Below, piece after piece: positions 52,061 to 64,000 of a DNA stretch of 64,000 nt (within the stretch, counting starts at the first letter, position 1; every line of letters begins with the position of its first letter). A program made the translations under genes and the position numbers. This stretch comes from Lama guanicoe (lineage: Eukaryota): contig MU053365.1 in assembly GCA_013239625.1 (NCBI GenBank), forward strand, positions 62,001-126,000. The letters run 5' to 3'. The notes under the pieces are model-generated. The model was not told the DNA's origin, made no database searches, and worked only from the letters and a program-made list of their open reading frames with translations.

Positions 52061-52714
52061 TTTCCTGCTGCTTTTCCCAGGGACGTCCAAACTGAATGGT
52101 CTGGGAGGAACCATTCCTTTTGCCTGGAGGCACCCAGGCCAGCTTCCAAGGGCCTTGTTTGTTAGGCACTTCAGGATGGGGGTTGCGTTGGTGAGCCCTG
52201 TGCCTGTTGCTAAGGGCACAGGGGTAGTGGGGAAATTATGCTTTCTGGGGGGCCCTTTTTGGTCTGGCATCTAGAGCTGATGGTCTCCCGCCAGGGCTGG
52301 CCCTGTATCTTATTTTTGGTAGTGGAAACTGGAGGGGTGTCCTGTGCCCCCTCACCCCGTTGGGACCTTTACTGTTTGGTCTGCAATGGGCTTGGATAAT
52401 CGGCAGGGCGGGGCGCTGAGTCAGGACCACAGGCGGAATGCCATCCCTGGTGCTGTGTGCTTATGCAGTGTGTGATATGTGGGTGCGTATTGCTCACAGA
52501 CACAGGCAGCCTCCTTACTCCTAAAACAATGGAGATAAACTTTTCTAAAAGAGCTTTTCCGCTTTTTGAAAGGGTAGAGAGTTCCGCCTAAGAAGATGAT
52601 GAAAATTCAGTATGTCTTTATGAAGTCAATAACTCGTAATGTGGATTTTTACATTACTGCATATTTTTTCACTTGTATAAATGAGCGTATATCTTTTATA
52701 TATCTTGCGCTTGA

Positions 52715-52915
52715 CAGCTTAGACAGTATGTTCACATATTATTCAGTTTGATTCTCAAAACAATGGTTTCAATCAGGCTCATCATCTCCATGTTACAAAT
52801 GAGGAAACAGGCTCACGCTGGTTAAGATGCTCACCTGAGCTCACCTAGCCGGTAAGTCACACAATTTAAACTTAAGACTTCTGATATCTGGTCTGAAGTT
52901 CTTTCCACAAAACTA
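52715..52915 (-). mobile_element. MIR fragment
   Basis: 'ttacaaatgaggaaacaggctc'. Confidence 0.65.
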
Positions 52916-53884
52916 CCGCTGCTGCCATCTCTCAGTGTGAGCTGTAACACATAACCAGGGTCAGGACGGTCTCTGCAAACTACAATGCTGAAGAAATGTG
53001 GCTGCAAGAACATCTGATTTTTAGAAGTGTGCTTTGTGCTTAACGCCTCAAGACAGAAGCATAATAAAACCATTCATTAAAATATTTAGATCAACTGATG
53101 AGCCACTATAATTAAAATCTCGCAGCAGCACGAAGCTGTGTTTCAGACTAGTCTTCTGAGCGGAGAGGCTCTTTTAGAAAAGTTTCTCTTCATTGTTTTA
53201 GGAAAAAGGGCTTCTGCTGAGAAGCTTTAGGTCGTGGAAGATGGGAGTCAGAGTGGCGGAAGGACACTGAAGGTTAATCCAGGCAGGGGTCGAATGTCCC
53301 TGAAAACCAAAGAGCATAAGCTCCCAGGCGGTGGATTTTTCTAGTGATGGCAGCTCCCTTGCTTACAGGAGTGTTCAGTCCTGAGAGGACCTCCACCTTC
53401 CTGCCTCCGTGTTTACCACTGAACTTCTGACAGCTTGGCATTGATTTTCAAAATGTGGAAAATTAAAAACATACAACCTAGAATAGTTTGATAAAATACC
53501 ATATACCCATTACCCAGCTTCGATAATTATCAACTCAGGGCCAGTTTTGTTGCACCTCTGGCTCCATCTACTTCATCCCTCCCATATTATTTTAAAGCCG
53601 ATCCCAGACTTCATATCAGGTAATCCATAAACATTTCAGGGTGTATCTCTAAAAGACGTGAAATATTTTATAACACGATCACAATACTTTTATCAACTAT
53701 AAATGGAGCAATGCTCTCTTAATATAATCAAATATCTTCATTGTTCAAATTTCCAATTATACACATGCACACACTGCAGTTTATTTGAATCAGGATCCAA
53801 GTAAAGTCCATATATTACAATTGATTAATATGTCTTTCAGAACTTTTTAAAATTGTATGGACCCTCTCCATATTTTCCCCCCTC

Positions 53885-55924
53885 TTTATTTATTTTTTTA
53901 ATTGAAGTCTAGTCAGTTTACATTGTTACATCAGTTTCTGGTGTACAGCATCATGTTTCAGTCATACCTGTACATATATTCATTTTCAGATTCTTTTCCA
54001 TTATAGGTTACTACAGGATATTGAATAGAGTTCCCTGTGCTGTACAGTAGAAACTTGTTGTGTATCTATTTTGTATATGGTAGTTAGTATCTGCAAATCT
54101 CAAACTCCCAATTTACCCCTTCCCACCCCCTTTCCTCCCTGGAAACCATAAGTTTGTTCTCTATATCTGTGAGTCTGTTTCTGTTTTGTAAATAAATTCA
54201 TTTGTCTCATAGTTTTTAGATTCCACTTTTAAGTGATATCATATGATATTCGTTTTTCTTTGCCTGACTTACTTCACTTAGTATGATAATCTCTAGGTCC
54301 ATCCATGTTGCTGCAAATGGCATTATTTTATTCTTTTTGATGGCTGAGGAATATTCCATTGTGTATATATGACACATCTTCTTTATGCAGTCATCTGTCG
54401 ACGGACATTTAGGTTGCTTCCATGTCTTGGCTATTGTATATAGTGCTGCTATGAACACCGGGGTGCATGCGTCTCTTCAAATTAGAGTTTCCTCTGGATA
54501 TATGCCCAGGAGTGAGATTGCTGGATCATATGGTAAGCCTATTTTTAGTTTTTGAGGAATCTCCATACTGTTTTCCATAACGGCTGCACCAAACTACATT
54601 CCCACCAACAGTGTGGGAGGGTTCCCTTTTCTCCACAGCCTCTCCAGCATTTATTGTTTGTGGACTTTGGAATGATGGCCATTCTGACCGGTGTGAGGTG
54701 ATACCTCATTGTAGTTTTGATTTGCATTTCTCTGGTAATTAACGATATTGAGCATTTTTTCATGTGTCTATTGGCCATTTGTGTGTCTTCATTGGAGAAA
54801 AGCCTATTTAGGTCTTCTGCCCATTTTTGGGTTGGGTTTTTTTGTTGTTGTTATTAAGTTGTATGAGCTGTTTGTATATTCTAGAAGTTAAGCCCTTGTC
54901 ACTGGCATCATTTGCAAATATTTTCTCCCATTCTGTAAGTTGTCTTTTTGTTTTGTTTTTTTATAGTTTCCTTTGCTTTGCAAAAGCTTGTAAGCTTAAT
55001 TATGCCCCATTTGTTTATTTGTGCTTTTGTTTCTATTGCCTGGGTAGGCTGCCCTGGGAGAACATTGTTAAGATTTATGTCAGGTCATGTTTTGCTTATG
55101 TTCTTTTTTCTAGGAGGTTTATAGTGTCTTCATATTTAAATCTTTAAGCCATTTTGAGTTTATTTTTGTGTATACTATGAGAGAGTGTTCTAACTTCACT
55201 GATTTATATGCAGCTGTTCAGCTTTCCCAACAACATTTGCTGAAGAGACTGGCTTTTCCCCGTTGTGCATTCTTGCCTCCTTTGTTGAAGATTAATTGAC
55301 TATAAGTGTACGGGTTGATTTGTAGGCTCTCTTTTCTGTTCTGTTGAGCCATAGGTCTGTTTTTGTGCCAGTACCATGCTGTTTTGATGACTATAGCTCT
55401 GTAGTATTGTCTGAAGTCTGGGAGGGTTATTCCTCCAGCTTTTTTCTTTTTCTTCAGTAATGCTTTGACAATGCTGGGTCTTGTGTGGTACCATATAAAT
55501 TTTAGGATTATTTGTTCTAGTTCTGTGAAAAATGTCCTGAGTAATTTGATAAGGATTGCATTAAATCTGTAGGTTGCTTTGGGTAGTGTGTTCATTTTAA
55601 CAATATTAATTCTTCCAATCCAAGAGCATGGGATATCATCCCATTTCTTTAAATCGTCTTTAGTTTCCTTAATCAGTGTTTTGTAGTTCTCCACGTGTAA
55701 GTCTTTCACCTCCTTGGTCAGGTTTATTCCTAAGTATTTTATTTTTTGATGCAATTTTAAAAGGGGTTGTTTTTTTACTTTCCTTTTCTGAAATTTCATT
55801 GTCAGTGTAAAGAAATGCAGTAGATTCCTCTGTATGTTCATCTGCTATTTTGCTGAATTCGTTTATTAGCTCTAGCAGTTTTTGTGTGGAGTCTTTAGGA
55901 TTTTCTATATATAGTATCATGTCA
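53885..55924 (-). mobile_element. Young camelid-type L1, 5'-truncated (about 2 kb)
   Basis: ORF2 pieces 55218..55841, 54545..54778 and 54216..54458, plus 3' UTR and T-tail. Confidence 0.95.
55218..55841 (-). pseudogene. L1 ORF2p remnant (post-RT region), frameshifted
   Basis: [16 protein letters not shown]...[14 protein letters not shown]...[27 protein letters not shown]. Confidence 0.92.
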
Positions 55925-57074
55925 TAGGAAGTGTATTTTTTGAAGTAAAATATATCATGAGTGCATACTGATACTTCCAATTCAAATTTAGGACTTCAGG
56001 GCGTCTATGTAACTACTTCTATCTTACATCTATATCTCTATTCCTACACAAGAATCCCAGTTTTCAAGGCCACTGAGGATAATAGAATTAAAATATTACA
56101 CAATTACTTATTCAATTTGTCTCATCATACAAGCAAAACTGTCTCACAATAACAATACTAATGCTACCACCACAATATGATTACTGTAAATAATTTAAAA
56201 TTTATTTGTCATTCTCCTTGTACTGAAAGCAAATCTCACTAGAGGTATACTATTAGATTAGTGTGTTTGGAAGTCACGTGGAATAGTTTCTGTCTGCCAC
56301 CAGCTACATGCACAATTAGATTCATTTGTTTCATTTTGCTTTCAGTTTGGGGAAATTTCTGTTTTATACTCTTAGTAGTGTTCTTTTATGAGTATGTCAT
56401 ATGGTTACATGGTTCCAAAGTCAAATTTCTAAGCCAATATATGTTCAAATAAATCTAGATTCTATTCCTGCCCCCTTCACCCTGTTTCCTCCTCACCTTG
56501 GAAGCAACCATTTCAAAAATGTTCGCTCCTCATCCTTCTATTTTTGAATGTTTCAACATGAGACTACTCATAGATGCATATCTTTGCGTCCCTCTTTTCT
56601 GGGGTAAAAGGTAGCACGGTACACACATTTCCCACACCTTGCTTGTTTTCCCACTTGAAAATACATCCTGGAAATCAGTTTATAGTAGTGTATTGAGAGC
56701 GTCCTCATTTGTTTACCAGGTGCATAGTACTCCATTGTGCGGGCACACCGTAGCTTGTTCAACCAATCTCCTATAGAGGAACATTTGGGCTGTTGCCAGT
56801 CTTTGCTCTTACAAATGGTTCTGTGTCAGAAAGCTTTGTGCATATGTATTTTCATCCTTTTGCCAGTGTAGCTAGGGGATAAATTCCTTGAGGTATTGTC
56901 AGGTCAAAAGGTAAGCACACACACATTTTTCTAATGTTGCCAGATTTCGTCCATAGTTGGGGCACCATTTCACATCCCCACCAGCAAGGTAGATAGCATT
57001 TGCATTATGTTTAGTGGCTATAATTTCACCTTCCATGCTTTTTCTGTTGGTGAAAAACCAGTCTCAAGTATTGG

Positions 57075-57815
57075 TAGAGAAAGGCAGTAGAGAGAGCGGT
57101 TAGGCACACGGACTCTGGGGCTGGACTGTCTGTGTCGCGAGCCCGGGCTCTGCTACTTCCTAGCTGTGTGTTTCTTTTTTTTTTTTTAATTTTGTAACAA
57201 TTTATGATGATGGATGTTAACTAGTCTTATTGTGGTGATCATTTTGCAATATATACAAATATTGAATCATTATGTTGTATACCTGAAACTAATATAATGT
57301 TATGTGCTAATTATATCTAATTTTTTATTGAAGTATAGTCAGTTGACAGTGTTGTGTTAATTTCTGGTGTACAGCATAGTGATTCAGTTTTATATATATA
57401 TATATATAAAATCCTTTTCAGATTCTTTTTCATTACAAGGTATTAAATCTAGTTCCCTGTGCTATACAGTTGGACCTTGTTGTTTATCTATTTTATATAT
57501 AGTATTTTATATATATAGCTACAAATACCAAACTCCCAATTCATCCCTCCCCACCCCTTCCCCACTGGTAACCATAAGTCTGGTTTCTATGTCTGTGAGT
57601 CTGTCTCTGTTTTGTAGAGTAGCTGTGTGTCCTTGAGCAAATTATTCAACCCCTCTGTGCCTGAATTTTCTTATCTGTACAATGGGGAAACGAGAACAAC
57701 TTCCTAAGAGGGTTCTTCTGGTACTTAAGTGTGAGAAGCAAACAAGTGAAACGCTTTGTGCCCTGCCTGGTACTTGGTATACGCTGAGTGAATGTTAGTT
57801 ACAGCTAATATTATT
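57075..57815 (+). mobile_element. MIR split by an L1 insertion
   Basis: MIR 5' part ends 'tagctgtgtgt' at 57171 and resumes 'tagctgtgtgtccttgagcaa' at 57620. Confidence 0.8.
57172..57619 (-). mobile_element. 5'-truncated young L1 with probable 3' transduction
   Basis: TSD TAGCTGTGTGT encloses an L1 3' UTR (57321-57617), 133 bp of oppositely oriented older L1, and a second poly(A). Confidence 0.8.
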
Positions 57816-57985
57816 TTAATAACTCCTCGTAAGAATGCTGTGAGGTGGGTGTTACCAGCACCTGCGTAGAGATGAGAAAACTCAGGCCTGGAGAGGTGAA
57901 ATAATGTGTTCTGTGTCGCGCAGCTGGAAGAAGGGGCTGAGGCTCAGGCCCATGTGCCTCCAAAGCCTGTGCTGTCAGGAGGGGT
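57815..57985 (-). mobile_element. MIR fragment
   Basis: 'gatgagaaaactcaggcctggagaggtgaaataa'. Confidence 0.65.
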
Positions 57986-58794
57986 GTCGCACTCCAGGCT
58001 TCCTCTGAAGGGCCAGCCAGGGATGAGCTGGAGCACGGGTAGCCAGGGATAGTCCAGGCTCCAACCCCCTTCCAGCAACTGTCTTGGGTACCACACCACT
58101 CTCCTAGGCCTGCCCTGCTCCCTGTCCCTCTCTCTGAGGCCCAGTTGGCCACATTCCTGCAGTCCCTGCGGACCCAGTGGGGTCTTGTGAGCGGGGACCA
58201 AGGAAGAGTGAATACTGACCTTGATCCTCCTGGGCCCTCTTCCCTCTGTCTCCTGGCCTGATGCCTTAACCCTTGCTCAGGGGCGAAGCTCCTCCCCTTA
58301 GGCCTTCGCCTACCTGCTCTTCTGAAGTGTAGAAGAGCTCTCCAGATCTGATCTCGTCTCTTACGTCCTCTTACCACACAGCTAGCTCTCTCTTCTGGGT
58401 CCTTGTGCCTGGCTTCATCCCCAGGTGACTTGGAGTCTTGCATGCTCAATAAATATTTTTGCTTTGAATCCATATGCAAGAGGAAGCTGGGGTGGGGGGC
58501 GGTGGTGAAATTCCTTCTGTGTGTAATTGAAAAACAGTGCTCTGAGTGATGGGACATTTGTTGCTCCCCACAGAGATGCGTATTTCCTCCTCGGTGCCGG
58601 GTCTTCAGGCTGAGGTCCGATCCTGCTCAACTGTGCGTGGTGGCTCACCAAGCCAGCCTTTCCCCAGGTGTGGGTAACTGAGACAAGACAGGAATTTAGC
58701 ACATAACTCATTTTTTATTATTAAAAATGTTTTTTAGATTGCCTACACAAATCATGTATACATCTACAAATCTCTGTGATCTTTCGTCGCCTAT

Positions 58795-59730
58795 CAGAAG
58801 CAGGTCCAGATTTGTGGGGCCTGAAGCTTACCAGATTTTCATGACTCTCCTGAAGAAAAGAAACCCAAAATCACATATTCAAAATTAGGTACCAAAGTCA
58901 ATATTTCTGTAGAAAGGGAAAATAAATCACAGAAATCACAAATTTGGAAGGCTGACAAATACCACAGACATCATAAAATCCAGAAAAATAGCACAGTATT
59001 TTAATATTTAAGTAACTGCCTGACATATTCTTTAATCACTTCTGCATATGACAATTTTATAACATTTTCTGTGGTGAGAGTTGGAAGATCATTTTTCTCT
59101 TCTCTATCATTATTGGTTGAAATTTGTTTTATATCGTTGACAGTTTAGAAAACCTTTTTTTTCCCTCCCAACTTGACAACACTTTGTTGGTAATTCATCT
59201 AATTACCAATTGTTTATATTGTCAAATTTGGGAAAACCTCTTTCTCTCTCTCTTTACCTCTGTGTATAAGATTTGAAAGAATTTTCCAAAGACTGCCTTC
59301 AGACTCAGTACCCTCAAGCCTGGTTTGTCTTCCACCATCTGCCCACTTCGGTACCAGCTGCTGTAGGGCACGTGCACCTTCACATTCATGGCCCCGCATG
59401 AGAGTCTAGTGGATGGTAAATGCACACCGGAAGTCATTCCTACAGCGAGATGCTTAGGGCTAATTTAACTAGTCATGGAAGTAACTGCAACCCCATAAGT
59501 ATATCCTACTAAACTCAGAATTGCTGTATCCCAAGTTGGTTTCTCCTAGCCCAGTCCCCAAAATGCCTGAGGCCATTCCAGTGCCACCTGACACAAGGGG
59601 AAATGGGGTTGAAGGGCAAGTCAGAGTGGAAAGGAGCAGTCAGCTTAACCAAGTGTGATGAAAACATCCTGCTTTTGCAAATTTAATGAAACAGATGGCT
59701 TTGTGAACACATTGTTAGTGACCCCTGGCC
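58795..59730. mobile_element. hAT DNA transposon relic with a MER53-like terminus
   Basis: 'ccagatttgtggggcctgaagctta...aagaaaagaa..caaaat' recalls the MER53 end. The other end looks truncated and the family is uncertain. Confidence 0.55.
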
Positions 59731-59926
59731 ATGTCCATCCCCTCTCTGCTCCATCCATCTCTGGGTCCCCAGATCCTGGGTGTGTTGAATTACTGAGTGA
59801 ATATTTTCTTAGCCTGGCTTAAGCTGTTTCGTGGACCAAAGTTTAAAGAAATTAAAAAGTTCTCTTCTATCCATGCTTTTTCTAACTGGGACTTTTTTGT
59901 TAGGGATAAATGTTAGCCTCGTGCTT

Positions 59927-60022
59927 CAGGGCCGGGACTAGAGTCTGATAGGTAAGCACCTAGGGTGTACAATTCAAGGAGGCACTAGATGCCTCACTCC
60001 CCTCACCTCTAGTCCCAGCCTG
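59927..60022. mobile_element. MER96-like hAT MITE
   Basis: Inverted termini cagggccgggactagag / ctctagtcccagcctg. Confidence 0.75.
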
Positions 60023-60659
60023 GTCCCAGGCTTTGCCTCTTCTAGAAGGCTCCTCGGGAGAGTGAAAAAATTTAGTTAATATTGAAAATTGAGTGGGTCC
60101 TTACCAAGTAGCCAAATGGATACCTCTTCACGGAGAGAATCTACAGGAAAAGAGTGTTCTTTTCAGTCAAAGGGACATCATTCAGGATACAGGAACATGA
60201 ATCTACAGCACATAGAGTGAACACCATGAACAGCTAAGGTCCCAGACCCAGGCACCAGCCCAACAGCAGAGCCAAGAGCAAATTTAATCATCACAACACG
60301 AAGGCAAGAATGAGCTTCTCAGCCTCTGAGTTGAGAGTCCTACTAGATAGGTGAGGACAGGGCTGCACCCTACCTCCAACATGGTGGAAAGCGGGTGAGC
60401 AGGCAGAAGGAAGGAGGAGCTGGGAAGAAGGGAAGAAGGTGGCTGTACCACAACCCCCATTGGGATGGCCCCTCCGCCTCTCCTTCCTAGCTCCAGAGAA
60501 GTTGTGATCACCAAGGAGGAGCCAGTGCCAAGGCTTCTTCCGTAAACTCTGATGGTCATGTCACTAGAAAGAGGGAGACTTTATCTAACGGATTCTCACT
60601 TTTTCTGGGTTTCTGGGATTCCTCTTAAAATTCCAAATATCTAAGAACCAACCCCAAAT

Positions 60660-61110
60660 GCATTTTAATTATTTTTTCTTACTAAAAAATAATATATACT
60701 CGTTGTATAAAATGTGTTAAGTCAAGGTAAGTATGAAGAAGGAAGGAAAACTGCCCAGGATCTCACCACCCACAGATGACCGTCGTTAATGCTACGGTGC
60801 ATTTTCTTCCAGGATGCCGCATGCGCACCGACACGTGCGCACACATGGGCCCTGGCTGCTTTGTATACTGCTTCTTTGACAAACTATGTTATGAGCATCT
60901 CCATGTATCGTGAGACACTCTTTAAAAATGTGCTTTTTAGTGGCAGTGGACTCGTCTTGTGTAAGGGGGTATCATAGTTTAATCTTCTGTTGCTGAGGGT
61001 CTGGGCTTTTTTTTTCCAAATTTTTAGAGAAATTGCCACGGTGGACTTCCTTGCACATGGATCTTTGTTTATCTAACAAGCTCCTTAGACTACATTCCTA
61101 GAAGTCAAAT
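60660..61110 (-). mobile_element. Ancient L1ME-like 3' end
   Basis: Degenerate antisense L1ME-type motifs. Confidence 0.5.
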
Positions 61111-61270
61111 TATCCTCAGCAATAAGTTGGTACTATTATTATTCCTGTTATACAGATGAGGAAAATAGGATCAGAGAGGTTTAATAACTCGTTGCAGGTC
61201 ACACAGCTAGTGAATAGCAGAGCCAGGATTCAAATTGAAGCAGTGTGACACCGAGGTGGCCGCCACACTG
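61110..61270 (-). mobile_element. MIR
   Basis: 'tacagatgaggaaaataggatcagagagg...ggtcacacagctagt...agagccaggattcaaa'. Confidence 0.8.
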
Positions 61271-61660
61271 TGGACAGGTGTCAGCTCTGTGTTAGTGGCT
61301 ATAGATAGATATTTTCCTCCTCTGTCATTTGCATCTTAAATTTGGCTTGTGATCCTTTTATAGAGAGATTTTACATACATATCTGTAGTCGAATTTATCC
61401 ACATTTTTGTTTTATGCTTCTTCATTGTTTACATGTTTAGAAAATCCTTCCTCATCCCATGGACGGATAAATATTTACCTGTGTTTTGATGTGCTGTTTG
61501 ATAGCTTTACTTAAAAACTCTTTGAGGGTGGCAAAGTTTTCATTTATTAGTTACTTGACATTCTGCCACTGTCATCAAATCCTGAGTATAGAACGGAGAT
61601 GATAGTGATCTCCACCACACAGGGTCATCGTAAAGATGAAGTGAGATAAAAGAAAAACAT

Positions 61661-61684
61661 CACACACACACACACACACACACA
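61661..61684. repeat. (CA)n microsatellite
   Basis: Direct reading. Confidence 0.92.
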
Positions 61685-62169
61685 AAGTAAAAAATTAAAT
61701 ACCCAACAGGAATTAATTCTCTTTCTCCAAATCAGTCTGCCCCGCTCAGGAGAGGTTTCTATGGCAATCATGTATTTACATAACTCTCTTCTGCACTTGC
61801 TTCCTGGTCTCCAGGGAAAAGAAGAGTCCTCATGTACTTTTTGAGTCCTTAGAATTTTATGATTTCTCCTTGAAACATTTTGTGAACAGTTTAAAACCCT
61901 TTGAATAATGCTGACCGCTGTGAAAGGTTATTCACTTCATAAGCGAGCAGGTACTGCTGTTTTGTCTGCAGAATGATATTTAAACAATTGATTCATTCGT
62001 GATGATGGACTTGCCTACTGAATCAAGGAAATCAGTGTGTTCCAATTGGTCACTCTAATTATTTTGATGGAAAAAAGATTGATTTTTGTCTTTACTGATT
62101 TCTTCCCTTTCATGGATCTTCTACTGTGGAATGACCCCAATTGCAGTGGGTATGTGACTTTAATCATCG

Positions 62170-62775
62170 TAAACACAGTGGTCTTGGCATCCCCTCTCGC
62201 TCTCTCTCCTCACATTCAACATCCGGAAGTTCTGTTGGCTCCACCTCTATAATAAAGCCTGCATCCATCTATGTCTCTCCAATCCCGTTGTTCCGACCCT
62301 AGTCAAGCCGCTATCCTCTGTCTTGGACCACAGCCACAGCCCTTGCTGGCCCCTGCTTCCCTCCCTGCCCCTAATCAGTTTAGTCTCCATGTAGCAACCA
62401 GGGTGAGCCTCTTAAATGTAAGCCATATCTAGGCATTCCTTTATTGAAAACCTACCGCTGGTCCTATAGGCCAGTGTTTAGTCTGAAAAATATGGTCCTT
62501 GGACTACCTGCCTAAGAATCACCTGAGTTTAAGATATGAATGTCTGGGCCCTGCCCAAGACCTACTAACTGTATCTCTGTGGGTGGAGCCCAGGAAACCA
62601 TATTTTAAACAAGCATCCTGAGTCTGTTAGTTCCCTTTGGGATCTAAAGTCTTGCCAAGAACCCCCTGAGGCCAGCGACCTTGACTTCCTCATGTCTCCT
62701 CCCCACTGGATCTAAGATAGGGCCTGGCCCAGAGCAGGTGCTTCAGCTCTGTAAGTTGAGTGAGCAGAATGGATG
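62170..62775. mobile_element. L2 fragments with a nested MER5-like element (about 62472-62630)
   Basis: L2-like C/T-rich body and tail 'gggcctggcccagagcaggtgct'. MER5 motif 'agaatcacctg...gggtggagcccagga'. Confidence 0.6.
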
Positions 62776-63006
62776 GTCCAGATGTGTGCATATTTGAACT
62801 AAAGCTTGGAAGCAGGGGTCAGGCCAGGGAGGACTTGGGGTTGCAGATGGAGGTGTTTGATTTGCTTCGAGGTCTGGGATCTTTCCAGCTCTGCCTTTCC
62901 TCATCCTCCTACTGACCATTACTCCTCCTGCCTGTCCCCCCTCCCACAGAGCCTGAGGTCTGCCTGGCCTGCCTGATTCTGGAATCCTGGTTTCCCATGA
63001 GCTTTT

Positions 63007-63560
63007 TGTATTGGTTTTCTCTTACTGCATAACATACTTCTACAAACTGAGCAGCTTAAACTGGCACACCTTTATTGTGTCACAGTTCTGGGCGTCAGGA
63101 GTCTGGGCATGGCCTAGATCCTCTCGTCAGGGTCTCTCAAGGCTGAAATCAAGATATGGGCTGGGGCTGAGCTTCCTTCTGGAGGCTTGACTGGGGAAGG
63201 ATCTGCCTCTGAGAGTCAGGATGTTGGCAGGATTCGTTTCCTTATGTCTGTATGGCTGAGAGCCTTAGCTTTTGACCGGCTGCAGGCCAGAGGCCCCCTG
63301 AAGTTCCTTGCCACGTGGACTTCTTTAACATGGCTGCTTAATTTATCAAGCCATCCAGGAGGCTCTCTCCTTCCAGTCTGGTAAGATGGAGTCTTACATA
63401 ATCAGATAATTGTAAGGATGACATCCAGCCGTCTTGGCCATATTCTCTATGTGAGAAACAAGCCGTGGGCACTAGCCACACTCAGAGCGAGGAGAGTATG
63501 CAGAGACATGAATGCCAGGGGTGGGGTCGTCGGGGGTTACCCTAGAGTTTGTCTGCCACA
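63007..63560 (-). mobile_element. MaLR solo LTR (MLT1E/F-like)
   Basis: Starts 'tgtattggttttct..ctgcataaca' and ends 'gtctgccaca'. Confidence 0.82.
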
Positions 63561-64000
63561 CCTTTGCCCTAGCAGTGCCACTGGCCCAGGAACTGCTTCA
63601 GAGAAGGACCTCTGGGGCCACCAGCAGCAGCAGCAGGCTCTTCAGCCATCCTGGCCTGAGCCACTGACTGTTCGCATCCTAAGACTTCTCCCAGGGTATG
63701 CGTATCCTGTGGGCCCAGTACCTTAGGCGTATCCGGGTCTAGCGAGGCGAGCTGGGGGGAGCACAGTGCTACCGCCCTGCCTCCCTGGGGAGTGTAGCTT
63801 CGGTAGCCTCCCACGTGTATGGTTTGTGAGCAAGGTGATTGGGAGGAGTACGTGTGTAGGGGGCAGTTTTACATAAACACTTACATCTATCTGTGTCCAC
63901 TCCTGGTTAAAGTAGTGCTGGGTTCAAGGGCTGCTGGCGGGGCTACTGAGATCTTGTGGTGGTCCAGCAGGAAGAGTTCCGGGACGCTAAGGATTGCGGG

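Larger units (their letters stand above)
53435..56995 (-). mobile_element. Ancient L1 3' UTR (L1MC/ME-like) hosting a younger L1
   Basis: Segments 53435-53880 and 55925-56995 resemble ancient antisense L1 3' ends. Confidence 0.6.

Noticed and set aside
57811..58557. Longest ORF (248 aa, minus strand)
   Set aside because: It runs through MIR and L2 fragments, has no recognisable domain, and has low-complexity composition. Most likely a chance ORF.
1..64000. CRISPR array, operon or other novel multi-gene system
   Set aside because: No regularly spaced repeat-spacer structure and no gene-dense coding sequence. The window reads as ordinary mammalian non-coding DNA.

Overview
Mammalian non-coding DNA, very probably from a camelid: it carries two tRNA-derived vic-1-type SINEs, cetartiodactyl-type L1 3' ends, and no Alu, B1, Bov-A or PRE1-like SINEs that I could see. 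Roughly half of the window is interspersed repeat: young and ancient L1, ERV1/MaLR solo LTRs, MIR/L2, hAT and Tigger DNA transposons, and microsatellites. I found no host protein-coding exon, functional RNA gene or prokaryotic-type system. The only recognisable ORFs in the track are L1 ORF2 remnants. The best-supported points of interest are retrotransposition architecture (a probable L1 3' transduction, a twin-primed inverted L1, two three-layer nests with readable TSDs) and candidate regulatory DNA (a MER41-like LTR with overlapping GAS/NF-kB motifs, a small orphan CpG island, motif-dense unique segments). Repeat subfamily names come from remembered consensus sequences, not a search, and boundaries without TSDs are approximate.
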